Below are positions 45,691 through 59,868 of a DNA stretch of 64,000 bases, piece after piece (within the stretch, counting starts at the first letter, position 1; each line of letters begins with the position of its first letter). The position numbers were made by a program, and so were the translations under genes. Source of the stretch: Picochlorum sp. SENEW3 (Eukaryota); assembly GCA_034226945.1 (NCBI GenBank), contig CP120460.1:868001-932000 (forward strand), read 5' to 3'. The notes beneath the pieces are model-generated. The model saw only the letters and a program-made list of their open reading frames with translations. It had not been told where the DNA came from and ran no database searches.

Positions 45691-48600
45691 ATGTCTGCTC
45701 CACCTAGAATGTGCCAGGAATCTGAGCGTTGCTGCCATGGCCATGGCCAGGTAATTTACTGGTTAGTTCACTGGACATCGCCCATCATGGCCATGCCGGG
45801 ACCATCCCCATGTACATAGGGCTACCAGCAACGCTTCCTCATTCTCAATGTTTTGTGCTTCTGATTTGTAATAGAGGCGGATTAGTGCATATATAGAAGA
45901 GTGTTTAGCGTATAGTATCGGAATATCTGTATGAACTTTGTGTGCTCAAATAATAATGAGTTCAGAGGAGACAGAGGATATTCGGGCAACCCAGAGCACG
46001 CCTCTAGAGAGTTTGTCAGAGCGATTGACTTTTCCTGAAGAGGTATGATTATCCTTATAATTCTGCACAGTATGATTCTTTGTGGCATCCTGTCAGGGGT
46101 CTGCGGTCTTCGAATCTCGTGACGAACGTGCTGGGTTTGCAGGAGGCGCGGGTTACTGCGCTAACCGCGTTGTACAATACTGCGGGGAATTCAAAGCTTT
46201 TGTTCTCAGACATCAGACATGGCCTGCGATTGCCCGTGGTGGAAATCGATCCACCCGAGGCTGGTCTCGTCTCGAAATGGAGACAGAAAGACAGGCTCAA
46301 GACGACTGCAGTTGCTCTGGTAGTATGCTTGAACATCGGTGTAGACCCTCCAGATGTGATCAAAATATCTCCTTGTGCCAGAGTTGAATGCTGGGTAGAT
46401 CCTCTCTCTATGCAAGCTCCTAAAGCTCTGGACACCATTGGGAAGAACTTGCAAGCGCAGTATGAGCGATGGCAACCTAGAGCGAAATATAAGATGCATT
46501 TGGATCCTACAACTGATGATGTGAAAAAGCTAGTGAGTAGTTGTCGTCGCTCTGCAAAAGGTGAGAGGGTTTTGTTTCACTATAATGGCCATGGTGTTCC
46601 ACGGCCTACAGCCAATGGAGAGATATGGGTATTTAACAAGAGCTATACTCAGTATATTCCACTTTCGATCTACGACCTGCAAAGCTGGGTTGGAAGTCCT
46701 GCTATCTATATTTTTGATTGCTCGATTGCCGGTCAAATACTTAGTAGTTTCAAGCAATTTTTCTCCAGTACTGGCCGGGATCAATGGGACAGGAAAAAGT
46801 CAGAGACAAATAGTGCTGCTGGAGATCCCCTAAAGGATACCATTTTGATGTGTGCATGTTCTGAAAACGAATTACTACCACAGGATCCAGATTTCCCCGC
46901 CGACCTGTTTACATCTTGTCTAACAACTCCAATCAAGATTGCCCTGCATTGGTTTTGTTCAAAATGTCTCCTACACAGCGAAGGCATAACCAAGGAGATC
47001 ATCGACAGAATTCCGGGAAAGCAAACTGATAGAAAAACCCCTTTGGGAGAATTGAATTGGATATTCACAGCCATCACTGACACTATTGCATGGAACGTAC
47101 TTCCAAGATCACTTTTCCAAAGATTATTTCGCCAGGTGAGTATTTATCACTGTCGATTGGTAGACAGCCATGGTATTTAATCGTCGTATGTTGCAGGATC
47201 TATTGGTGGCGTCATTATTCAGAAATTTTCTTCTAGCTCAGAGAATCCTGCGAAGTATGGGTTGTTCACCAGTAAGTCATCCAAGACTTCCTCTGATGGA
47301 CCAGCACCCAATGTGGCTTGCGTGGGACATGGCGGCGGAAACCTGCTTATTGCAGCTTCCTGGTATATTGGAAGGAAATAGTGCAGAAAAAGAATATCAA
47401 CCATCTCCGTTTTTTAGTGAACAGTTGACTGCTTTTGAGCTTTGGCTTGATCATGGAAGTGTTGAAAAGTCTCCTCCGGAGCAGCTCCCTATTGTTCTTC
47501 AGGTGCTTTTGAGCCAGGTGCACAGGCTTCGTGCTCTGGTTTTACTCGGTAGATTTATTGATATGGGTTCTTGGGCTGTGGATTTGGCACTTTCTGGTAT
47601 GTGGAGAGCATGAAATGTGAATATATGATATGCCTGGATGCTGACAAAATCTTCTCCTGTTGCAGTTGGCATTTTCCCTTACATTTTGAAACTCCTGCAA
47701 ACTTCAGCCACAGACTTGAGACAGACATTGGTATTTATTTGGGCGAAAATCGTGTCTTGGGACATGAATGCACAGGTAAGGGGTTCTTTTTTGAATGCCT
47801 GGAGTCTCTATACCAGTTGTCCTTTGTGTCATTTTTCATCAGCAAATGCGCTTCTTGTTGCAGGTTCAAAATGATCTCACAAAGGACGGTGGATATTTAT
47901 ATTTCATAAAGCATTTGGAATCTGATGACGCTGAAATTGTTCCCGAGTCGAGAGCTCAAGCAGCCTTTGTTCTGGCAGCCATCTGCAGAAACAATAAGAA
48001 GGGAAAACTCCTATGTGCGCAGGCAGGACTCTTGCAAACATGTTCAGCGCAGATCCCTGCAACTGCAGCAGTTTTCTCAAGCACACAACGCATGGGATCT
48101 GATGGTAGTCAACAGTTGGAGCTACTGCTCAAATGGCTGATCATATGTGTGGGGCATCTCTGTGAAGATGTGCAGGAAATATGGAGCCTTGCAGTGGAGA
48201 GTCAGGTGAGTTTTGCACGCTTGATCTTGTTTTCCCACTCAAATCTCATTTATTTGTGTTCTTGTAGGTATTTGATTTGCTTATTGATTTATCTAGGGCC
48301 GATTCTCCGAATATCAGGGCATCTGTAGTGTTTGCCTTAGGAAGTGTATTTCAGGTAGGGAGATGACGTTTGCCCTGGAATTGCTGGTGATGCGTCCACT
48401 AATTTGCTTTATTTTTTCTTTGCAATTGCCAGATTCGGTCTGAAAGTTCACATGGGCCTGAAAACCCCAGTGAGATCGAAAAATCGGTCATATGCAGATT
48501 ACTGGAAGGCATCTACGATGGTAGTCAACTAGTTAGGTGTGAGACAGTCCGCACTCTCTATCGAGCTGCAGCATCGAACTCCGCGTGGATCAGTAGGGAA

Positions 48601-50688
48601 ATGTCTACTCAAGTAAGGCAACAAATTATCAATGATCAAATCGAAGGCGGGGTGTGCAAGTCAGCGCCTATTTTGCGCCAAGTGAATTCAAGCAGCGCAC
48701 AGGATCTGCATTGTAAATTGTCAGCACCAGACGAATCACAGGTGCACAAAAAAGCACATTCAGTGGATGACGGTGGTGATACTTTCTCCAACACAGGTAA
48801 AGTTGCAACAGTCCAAAATATTGTGATATATATATATATCGTCTGCTGAAGATTACGAAACCAGAATGATTGTGCTTTTTTCTCTTTTGCAGCTGACCAC
48901 CCAGACATTGAGCACGATCCTGTAGCAGGTCTGCTTGTTAACGGCCTCACTATTCTAGCTGTTGATCCAGCATGGGATGTACGGTCACAAGCTTTGCAAG
49001 CTTTGATGGATCTAGGTATGGAAGAAATTCCAAAATGCAACGTACCTTTGGCAAAGTCAATTGCCCCAGATCTGTCGTCAGCAGCAAAGAAAGCAGAGGA
49101 CTCCAAAGGTATGGCTTCTCCGGGAATGTCCTTCTTACCCAAATCATGGCAGGCGAAAAGCTGGCGTTCATTTTCTCATTCTTCGGGAAAATCACTCCAA
49201 AACGAGAGATTGACAGTGATGCCTAGGGATGATAGCACGAGAGTAGACAATGTACGTTCAATTGTTACCTATTGAAATTTCTAACGAGTCTTACTTTCCA
49301 ATCTCTATCTGCAGCAATTTCAGATGGGAAATCATATTAGAACCCGAGGAAACCTAATGTCATCAATCAATTTCATCGGGCAACAGTACTATAAATGGCC
49401 ACTTCTTTCCCCACTGGCGGAAGAGGAACCAGGCATTTCTTGGTTGAGAAGCTGCACTCCAACAAAGCTCCAAATCAGAAAGCAACTGGTGCGTTCCACA
49501 AAGTCACTGTATCCGATTTCCCAAAACACCAATAATTTCCAATCCATATATGCAGAAATCAAGCGGAATATCAAGATGTCGTAGTTCCAAGAAAGTTCGA
49601 CTGCGGGAGCAAGTTCATGCCATCAATACCAACGGATCTGCGATAGAAGCGATCTTCTTAGAACCTTTCAAGCCTCAAATCGTGACTGCGGACAACGCAG
49701 GCAGGATAAGAGTTTTCGATTATTTGCAAGCGAAGCTATTAAATCAGTTCGACGCAACTAGAGATTCTACGAACATATCAGCAGTAAGGAGCATGTTTCG
49801 CTTGAATGATCTGTATAATGAATTACTGTTGGCTTGCTGTCGCAACGGAAACGTCACAGTCTGGAGATATTTTGCAAAGTCTGGATGTGAAATGCCTGCA
49901 GCATCCTGGCAGTCAATTGGAACCGAGGTAAGAAAACAGCGTTTATCTCGTCTAAGCTGAATGGTATGATGTATAATGTCGATGTTCTATTGCAGGGAAA
50001 CCGTCACCAGCAGCCAATTTACGCACTGTCCAAGGACTATTTGGGCGGCTCTCTGTTCGCAGGGGCGTTCAAAACCAAGATTGGCAGGAATGCCGTTAAC
50101 GTTTGGGATCTACACAGGGAATATTGCGTCAACGAACTTGTGTCCACAACTGAAGATCCATCGCGCCAATATCGACAAATCAAGGCTTCGAATTTGGGCT
50201 CTCGCTTGTACACGCTGGACGATGGCGGAATACTGGAAATGTTTGACATGCGATCAAACAAGTCGATATCCAAACAGTCTCTTGGGAAGGATGTCATAGG
50301 GGTGATACCAGAATTGACAGAGAATGAGCGAACCATTATAGCGGGTCATAGAAGTGGCCGCATTAACTTTTTCGATAATCGCATGACCACTCCAAATGGT
50401 TCCATTACGCTGGACAAGAACATCGATGGACATTCAAAAGGCACAATGACAGTGATTCAAGAGCACTCCCATGCGCCAATCTTTGCAACTGCCACTTCTT
50501 CACAGGTTGTGAAAGTGTGGTCAGCAAAAGGAGAGCAACTTGGAGTAGTTAGAGCTCATACATCGATTTTAGGACAGCCTATTGGGCCAACCAAGTGCTT
50601 AGCGTTCTCTCCATTTTCGCTCAAACTCTCGTCGGGAGGTGAAGATGCTGTGTGTGCAGTGTATTCTCTCGAGCACGTTCCCGTCTAA
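45691..50688 (+). CDS. RAPTOR: Regulatory-associated protein of TOR (Raptor/KOG1), multi-exon; 5' end uncertain
   Basis: RNC domain ([52 protein letters not shown]), [26 protein letters not shown] region and C-terminal WD40 repeats. Confidence 0.96.
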
Positions 50689-50700
50689 CTATATACAGGG

Positions 50701-53700
50701 TTAAAAATTATATGGCACAGTTGTAAAATACGATTCAATTCCTTCTCGGAATCGACTAGCGTATTGTGGAGGCGAGATTACGGTGGGCTTCTCACCTGCT
50801 GCTCCTAACAATTTGACCCAACTTTCGATGTGCTTATCCAGGGTGTACCGTCTAAGGTAATCAACAATGCCCACGATGATTTCATTTGTGGTTGTATCTA
50901 TACCGACGAGTAAGCTATAATCCATCACATTAACTTTCCCTAGAAAATCTGCATTCACAGTTCGATGGTCCCGTTAGTGCGATCTTCTTCTTTGTCTATG
51001 CGTCTAGCGAACAACGCACCTGTGTCGAATTTCATCGACCTCATCAAGGTGTTTTTAGATTCCAAGGATACAAAGATGGGATACTTCTGTATTTTGGATC
51101 TGAGATTGCCGTCGACGAGAACTGCTTGTTGGGCGTCCCCGCGCTCGTGAAGTTCTCGAGAGAAGCCTTTGAGGTCGTACGCTTGGTCAAAGTGTCTGGA
51201 GTGAAAGACGTTTTCCATGACAATGAAATCAACAGGGTCATTTCGCGATTTCAGGCCTTCGCCAGAGGAAACCTGCAAGGACCGATATAGAATGAGACAA
51301 AATTTGTTTGATGGATGAAGATCGACGTACTCGAAACATTCCGAAGATTTTTGCGAAACCCGATCGCTGCTGGCAATCCTCCAACACCAAGCCTACGTGG
51401 TGAAAATATTCCTCGCTGAAATCGATAAATGATTGTCTTTCGGATTTGCTGATTTGTTTAACTATAAACTTGTCATCTGATGTTTTCGCAAAGAAGGCAT
51501 TTGATTTGCCGCCTGTTGTCGACCATGGGTGGCAATTTCTCATTGACATCAGAAATGTCTCGTTGCCACCTTGGATGCCAATCTCCCTAAGAGCGTGGAA
51601 CTGCATTGCACAGTAAGACTCTAATTTTGAGTCGCCTAAGATAATCTGACAAGTTTCAGGCACGTCGCAAGTCAGTGACAATATCTCAAGCCAATCATTG
51701 CATTTTCCATGCAGGTGGTGTAAGTTGGTCAGAGCACTGTCCACAAAATTGTAATACATTCTGCGTTGGTGGAGATAATCTGAGTATACTATTCAGATTC
51801 AGTTGTCAAATTGAAACACAGGCATCTTACCTGCTTGAGAGAAAGCACGATATCATAGAGCAACTCTTGTCTCCGTGGTGAAACCGCCAATTATCACCAT
51901 CCCAAAAGAATGACCCCTTCATGCTGTCAATTGATGTAATATCATGAAGCCTAACGAGGGAAGTTGCTGGTCCATCTAACTTTGAACGTGAAATCTTTAT
52001 CAGCTTCGCAAGGATTTGTTTTTGCTCTTCGCTGAATTGAGATTGCAACCAGGCTGAAGGATCTGCATTGACTTTTCTTTCCTCTTCACAGTCCTTCTTC
52101 TGTTCTGGTGCATCGATCTCCAAAAAGTGAGCCGATGCTTCCTCATCTATCCCCAAAGCTCTCAGTCTTTTGCAGTCAGCAGTCAATAACGACAAAAAAA
52201 TACTAATCAGATAGTGCACAGAGTCCAAAGTTAGGAGATGCGTAGAGAAGTTCTTCATCCTGGCTCCATCTCGAAAAAGCTCAGACAGAGAGCAGACCTG
52301 TAGTTATCATAATCGGATTCATCACTACACTAGTAATTGCAAACAAGGGCAAGTTCGCTAACAATATACACACCTCGCTCTGAAGATTAGACAATACATC
52401 TATTACTTGTTCAAAACTTAACTCTGCTTCCCTGACAGAGTTTGATATATCCTCCAAAAGCGCCTGCATATTCGAAATTTGCCACTTTGGAGTAGTGAGA
52501 TAAATCATCAGACACATATCTGTTTGTTACTCAAATATTCACACCTCACCTGCAACATTTCCAGGTCATCTTGTATCCACCTGTGCTCATTAATGCTCTG
52601 AGACTTCTCTGGTAAGACAAAAGAATACGGACTCAGAACCTGGTAAGCAAATTTTACGATAAGAGTTTCTTTCATAACACATAATTGCGCTTTGTTGTCT
52701 TCCAGAGAAAATAAACCTCCACAAACTATGAGACTCAGAAGATGACTAATAGACAGATTCGTGGACGTGCGAGACATCTTCAGAGGATATCTACAAGACT
52801 CCATTGTATTTTCCACCCAAATAAATATACCATCATTCTTCACTGAAGTAGTTTCACCATCCATATACAAACTCGAGATTGTGACGGAACTCTTGTTTGA
52901 CACAAACGCTCGTTTATGTGCACACACATCAAAGCCACAGTCTGGATGAGTGCATTTAATATTCCTCGGCGAGGCAGCCATGAAGTATTCCACTATTGAA
53001 AGATCTATACCAGACAAAGAGCGAATGTGAAACGGAACTTGCTAAAAAGTTGAGAAATGTCTCCAGTAGTGTACCATACCTTCTAAACCATAAGTATCCA
53101 CACAATGCTGGTGAGCAGCTTCACAAAGAAATTCCTTATCAGGATTGAAACAAAATGTCGCAGTACAAAACTTGTTCGGATGATGATCCGAATCAATATC
53201 ATCGACACTAGAAGCCTTTCCAAAAGATTTGTATCCCGAGAACATTGATGTCGACAATGAACCAATTTCTCTCTCTCTCTCCAGCATTAGACAGTTCGCC
53301 CTCCTCAAAAATGCTTCAAATTTAGGTCTACTTCCTTGATATGTAAAAAAGTCTATCAAGAAAGACACTTCAAGATATTTCCAACAAGTACTCAACATCA
53401 ACCATTTGATGAGTGGGGCCAATTTTGCAAACTGTTCACTGCAACTATAATGCACCAGAGCCGTCTTAGAACAGGCAGATGTTGTTATTATCTTGCAAAA
53501 GGGTTCTTCATATATTCGATTTAGCGTTGAAGCTTCATCTCCGCTGTACTTTCTGTCATCATCATCATCATCATCATCATCATTTGTCGAAAGCACTTTG
53601 TCTGCAAGAAATTGACTGCAGACCCCAAATGCAAAATCAGGGCCTGATTTCGTCTCTTGATGCCCCAGGTCAGTATGATACTCAGCTTCAAACATAGATT

Positions 53701-54265
53701 TCATTAGAAACAAGGTATCTGAATCGATGCCCGACAACAAAGTGATGCCACCCTGGAACAAAGTCTCTACAAGGCTATGGCTTGCTCTATCGCTTGCCAA
53801 AATCACGTCTGGAGACGTTTCTTCTATGAGGTCGAGAAATTCTGTACCTTTTGAGTTCTTCATCCCATCAAAGGTTGCGATCCCATTATCGTCTGTTTGG
53901 GCAAGGGCCCCTAAAAATATGAGAATCCTCGGGTTCTCTATGCATCTCCTCATGCGCCTATGAGCAACATCCTGCCGAATCACAAATCCATCCAGAATAT
54001 CTAGCATCGGAACATGACATTTATCGTCTAAAACGAATTCCACATGTATCAGATCTTCGAGACTCTTCTTATTCCCATGCGATGGAGAGTACATAGCCCA
54101 GTTGATGTCACCACTTTCAAACGGAATACTGCATAAGCACTGTTCCCATTCCGAGAGCCCCCAAAGATCAGCTATTTGAGCAACCATTTTACTTTGATGA
54201 ATATCAGAGAGCTTCCGCAGCTGTGCTGCGACGTGCTCCTGAACTATTTCTTCTGCCTTGGCCAT
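50701..54265 (-). CDS. FAB1: 1-phosphatidylinositol-3-phosphate 5-kinase (FAB1/PIKfyve), multi-exon, no visible FYVE domain
   Basis: TCP1-like GFVIRQDVAHRRMRRCIENPRIL, a Cys/His-rich region, and kinase motifs GGKSNAFFAKT, YDLKG, MDYSLLVGID, IVDYLRRYTLDK and PTVISP. Confidence 0.9.
50722..50726 (+). promoter_or_regulatory. Putative TGTAA polyadenylation signal of Raptor, lying inside the antisense FAB1 CDS
   Basis: First TGTAA after the Raptor stop at 50688. Confidence 0.5.
53556..53583. repeat. (TCA)9 microsatellite encoding a poly-Asp run in FAB1
   Basis: tcatcatcatcatcatcatcatcatcat read directly; minus-strand translation NDDDDDDDDDR. Confidence 0.95.
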
Positions 54266-54785
54266 TTCACTGTATTTCCTAAAACCTCGACGTACGTGTC
54301 GAGTGACTTAATGCAAGATACATGCAACTATATTCGAGATGCTAATATTAGGTGTGATGGGCCATATTGTTCCCCATCAGTGATGCAGACGAGAGTCTAG
54401 GAGGGTCTTCTTGGATTGAAAGGGCACCTCGATATCGATATCCTTGAGACCATGGGTTAATCTCACCTTATAAATGCATACAGCGAAGTTGTAATTTATA
54501 TAATAAACACTCCTGCGGTGGATTGTTAGATAACGGGTCAGACGTGATTTGAACCGTTATCGTGACTTTCGCCAATCTGTTGTGTCACAGCTGTGGCCTG
54601 CAGGCCGAGCTCGGCCTCGAGACTCTGTCAATGGTCCGATTGCAATGGACGGCAGACAGGCCTGCTAGGATATTCATTAATGGGACTTGGAAATGGAGTC
54701 ACAAGCCGCACCATTTCACTGGATTGCGTGATCACAGGAGCCGCATAAATATTTAAGCAGAGATATATAAGCTATTTTCATCAGG

Positions 54786-56643
54786 ATGAAGGTGTTCCAT
54801 AGTAGATCGCATCTGAAAAGCCTTTCCAATTGTTTCAGTCCAAAGACGGACAGCCGCATGCACTCACTTTGGCAGACCAAGAGTGCCCAAGGATTCAGTC
54901 GCAAGATGTCAAAATCGCCTAAAATGATGCAATCACAGGCTACAAGAGGCAAATCCATATTATGCATGGCTGCAGCTGGAGGGAGCGAGAAGAAGAGAGC
55001 GCTCATCTCAGTATCAGACAAAACCAACTTGCAGGAAATTGCTCGAGGACTTCATGATCTAGGATATGAGATCATATCTACTGGTGGGAGCGCAAAAGCG
55101 ATCAAAAACTTTGGTTTGCCAGTTCGAGGTGTTGACGAAATCACTGGATTCCCAGAAATGTTGAATGGCAGGGTGAAGACGCTCCACCCTGCTGTTCATG
55201 GCGGGTTGCTTGCGAAGCGGGATGATGAGAGCCATATGGAGGCCGTTGAAACTCATGGAATATCTCTGATTGATGTTCTTGTGGTCAATTTGTACCCTTT
55301 TAGGGAAACTGTTACGATGGAAGGCGTCACTTTTGACCAAGGGGTTGAGAACATTGATATTGGTGGCCCTGCCATGATTCGTGCAGCTGCGAAAAACCAT
55401 TCTCACGTTTCAGTCCTTGTTGATCCAGAAGACTATCCTAGTTTTCTTCGTCTACTCGCTAGCGATAATAGGGACAGCCTGGAGAGGCATCAGAGGTATT
55501 TGTCATGGAAGGCATTCCAACACACAGCTTCATATGATTCCTTGGTGGCTGAATGGCTCTGGCGGGAGTATGACGGAGGCAGCCCAGCCCCAGAACTTTG
55601 CATACCTATGAAGCTGCAGCAAAATCTTAGGTATGGTGAGAACCCCCATCAAAGTGCTGCTTTCTACACTGACCAGTCTCTCCGTGAAAATCTCATTGGA
55701 GGCGTTGCCTCTTCTATTCAGCATCATGGGAAAGAGATGTCGTATAACAACTACCTGGATGCAGACGCAGCATTCAGTACCGTATGTGACTTCTCCGAAC
55801 CGAGCTGTGTCATTGTAAAGCATACAAATCCATGTGGGATTGCCTCTAGAGATGACCTACTTGAAGCGTACAGGTTGTCCGTGATTGCAGATCCAATCAG
55901 TGCGTTTGGTGGAATAGTCGCTTTCAATAGAGTCGTTGACGAGGATTTAGCAAGGGAAATAAGGGAATTCCGCAGCCCTACTGATGGAGAAACCCGGATG
56001 TTCTACGAAATAGTAATAGCACCTGGTTACACAGAAAAGGGTTTGGAGGTTCTCAAAGGGAAATCAAAAACAGTACGTTTGAATAGGTATCCTTGCTGTC
56101 AGTATACAGTGTTTTTTAGTCTTACAACTTTGCTTTTCTCTGCAGTTGAGGATTTTAGAGGCAAAAGCTCGGGCACCACAAGGGGCACAATACAGACAGA
56201 TTGCAGGAGGTTGGTTGTCACAAGGTGCTGACAGCCTGACACCTGAGGAGATTGATTTTGTTTGTGTGTCAGAGAAACAGCCATCCGAGAAGCAACTTCA
56301 AGATCTCAAATTCGCTTGGCTCGGCGTCAAGCATGTGAAAAGTAATGCAATAACTATTGCCAAGGACCGAAAGTTGCTTGGCATGGGAAGTGGGCAACCA
56401 AATAGGGTAAAATCCGTAGAGATTGCGATTGAAAAATCAGGTGACGAAATTGAAGGTTCTGTCATGGCATCAGATGCGTTCTTCCCATTTAGCTGGAATG
56501 ATTCCGTGGAAATTGCATGCCAGAAAGGAGTGAAGGCCATTGTCCATCCAGGTGGCAGCATGAGGGATCAAGATGCAATAGATTGTTGCAATCAATACGG
56601 AGTTGTACTGATGACAACAGGGGTGAGACATTTTAAACATTGA
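54786..56643 (+). CDS. purH: Bifunctional AICAR transformylase / IMP cyclohydrolase, with probable transit peptide
   Basis: RALISVSDK, GRVKTLHP, IDIGGPAMIRAAAKNH, LRYGENPHQ, KHTNPCG, ASDAFFPF and TGVRHFKH. Intron about 56073-56145. Confidence 0.97.
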
Positions 56644-56716
56644 TAGGCTAGTATTGGAAACAAATGTAACACTCGCTTGTGACTATCATTGAGGTATCTC
56701 GTACCAATACGTACCA

Positions 56717-59700
56717 TCACATTTCCATCGCTTTGGCAATTTTCTCATATGTTTCCTGAGACTTCTCCACATATTCATCTGAGGCCAATTCAAGTTCCCT
56801 CCATTTCTGAGGATCCACGCAGTCAAGTTCCATTTCACAGCGGACATCTACAGGGTTCAGGCGGAAATACTGGAGACCAGGTAAAATACTGCTAATCACC
56901 ATCAGTGATTTGTGCACCTCCTCAACGTTCGTAGCACTCTCAAGAAGTGCAGATCCTGTGTCAATATAAGATGAGACTCCTTTTTGTCTTTCTGACACAG
57001 GGCCTGATCCCGTCCCCACGCTGACCAAGAGAGAGATGTGGGCATCAGGCCAAATGTGATGAGCTTCTTGCAACGCTATCAGACCAGGATTATTTGCCAC
57101 CAGTGCTCCATCCTGAAATTTGTTTCCCGAAAATTCAAACTCATCAAGGTAATATATAGCCGCTACAAAAGATAAGTGAGGTCAGATGCGTATCTATATA
57201 AATTAATTGCATTACGAGCAGCAATGGAACAAGTGATTCACCTGAGGATGCCCTAACGGCTTGCCAAATTTCATGACTGCTGCTACCCAATCTGTTAATA
57301 TCCCCTGATCTCGAAGAATATTCATAGTTCCTAAATATATATGGCTGAGCGGGCGAAACACTAGTCAGCGTCGAAATTAATGCCACCTTTGGGATATTCA
57401 ATGCACAAGTGTCTAACAGGGAATCAAAGCAGTAGGGGCCTAAGGTCGGTATTTTGCATTTTTCCTTCAACAAATCTTCATAAATGCCTACAAATAAAAG
57501 CAAAATCATCAGATTACCGGATACATTCTTCAAATTTGAATGAGGTCTATACTATTACCTGTGTCATGCTTGCAGCCCACAACAACAGCCCTCACGTGCT
57601 CTGTCTTAGTGTGTAAACTTCTGTAGAAAACATTCATCCAAGATTCATCGTTTTCTGAGTTGTGGACAGGATTCTTAAATACCCTAGTTCCCAGCTCTTT
57701 GTAAACTTCCTCACATTCAGGCAAAGTCATCCCTTTAATCATGAGTGCAACTGCCAAAAGGGCACCAGTAGAAGTTCCGACCACGAGATCGAAAAGTTCG
57801 TGTAATGGACGATTTGAACGCTTTTCAATATCTTTTAACAGGCGAATCGTTGCCAGTCCTTTCATACCTCCCCCGTCCAATGACAAAATTCTAGCTCCTC
57901 TCGATTGAACTGATGGGAGTCCTCCATGCACAGGAATCCTGTCATGCAAACCTAGACCAGACAGAAGGCGTATGGAGGCGTACAGAATATCCTCGTTTTT
58001 ACAATCACTAGCACTGCGATTCTGACTGCATACATTATTGTGGATCTTATCCATGATGGTTGAGCTAGACATCAAAAGTGTTTTGCCTTCATCTTGCTGC
58101 CCAATATTTCCTAGCACACGCAGAACAGCTACAACTAGATCGATCGAGCTATTATAACTGCTCAGTATACCCTCTGACCAAGAAATTAGTGATGAGAAAC
58201 GTCTGCTTGGAGATGACGAGAATCTGGTCAACGTTTCTAGAGCATGCAAGGCTGCCATCTGTCTCTCTTTATCCTTTTCCAAAAGCGAGAGCATCAACCC
58301 TCCATGAGAGTCAATAATAGTATTCGCAGTCTCTCCGTCAAATTCCGCGAGAGTTCCTGAAAACCAGTGAAAGCGTTACTGAAACTGCTGCAGCAACACG
58401 GATGCATCGGTGCAAACCTGCAATTTGAGTTGGCATAAGCAAAACACACCTAAAATTGAGCAAGCTTGGGTCACTATTTCGGTATCTTCACTTAGAATCT
58501 GCAATATTATGAAAGATAAATATGAAGTACATCTAGATTCTTATCGTGGTGGCATTCTGGACATGGACCTACCATGAGATTCAGTTTCTTCAAAGCTTGC
58601 TCATTCTTAATCAATGCCTGCTTTAAAGAGCACGACTCAGCCATAGTCCCTACAAGTAAACTAGCACGTTAGAAAGAAGTTTAAGGTCTGACATGATCCT
58701 CCGTACTTACTGATTGCTCCAATAACAAGGGGGTGGTGAGTAGTACCACATAAGGCAAGGTTGAAAAACTCCTGCAGTGGATCAGACTGCCTAGGCCCAA
58801 ATAAGGTTACCACAAAAGATTTTGACGTAGCCTTTCGTTCAAACGAGCAATTTACTTCGATTGTCCTACTTCCGAGATCATTTTCCCTGTACCACATGTT
58901 GACATTTGAAAAAGAGACATTACTTAGCTCAATGCAGCGAGAAATATCCGGAAAGGATTCCAATGGGTTTTCATCAAGGTTCAGGTATCTAAGTTTTCGA
59001 AATTCAGAAAAGGATATCAATATACTGGATAATCTGTTGGAACTCAGGTCAAGGTGCTCCAGCTCAATGCACTGGCTCAACTCTCCTGGTAAAATAGTAA
59101 GAATATTTTCCTGAGCACACAAATACCTCAGGCATTTGATGTTTCCAATCCCCTTTGGAAGAATCGATAGCCTATTTTTACTTATATCGATGAATTCGAG
59201 TGGGACCGAAGAAATCTGTCCTGGCAGTGTGGAAATTCCACTTCCAGACAAGTTCAACCTACGAAGAGATTTGAACAAAGATAAATCGCTCCGGTGCAAC
59301 AATGTTTCCACAGCGTCATTTAATTTTAAGGACCGGATTTGGTAGCATTGTATCTCATCCCACAAAGAATCCCCGAGAAAGTCGGGCAGTGCCCCTCTCA
59401 CTTCTGATTCCAGCTCAAGCTCCTGGATAAGAGCGTCGCCCAATACCTCGTCACACCTTCTCTTCGAATCATCAATCAATCGGTTTTTCCACTTCTCAGG
59501 AATAGGTATGAGCTTTAAAGAGTCTCTAATGGCATCCGAAAGATCCAGGGCAGATCTAAGACCCTCCAAGTGGACTCTCAAAGGAAACTCTAACAATTCT
59601 TTAATCTCATCTTCGCTCGGGACGCCTTCCTTTGACTCACTGCAACTGAACCAGCATCGCACCGTAAACGATATCTTTAGCGTTGTTTCGGGATGAATAA

Positions 59701-59779
59701 TTTACCTATCATTCTGTATTGCAACTTTCAGTGATAAAATGCATGCTGGGCGCTTTGTCTGGATGGAAAGGCCAAACAT
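56717..59779 (-). CDS. Patatin-like phospholipase A with N-terminal LRR and ARM-like region (plant pPLA-I type), multi-exon
   Basis: LRRs (LRRLNLSGSGISTLP, LEHLDLSSNRL), RILSLDGGGMKG, GTSTG nucleophile, VRASS and QDGALVANNP. First exon MFGLSIQTKRP from 59779. Confidence 0.9.
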
Positions 59780-59868
59780 GGAGACGCGAAGGTTCCTTTA
59801 CGTCTACACGGTCATGCTCAGGACAAAGCAACTATATCAATTTCTTACACATATGAAAATGAAGAGCA

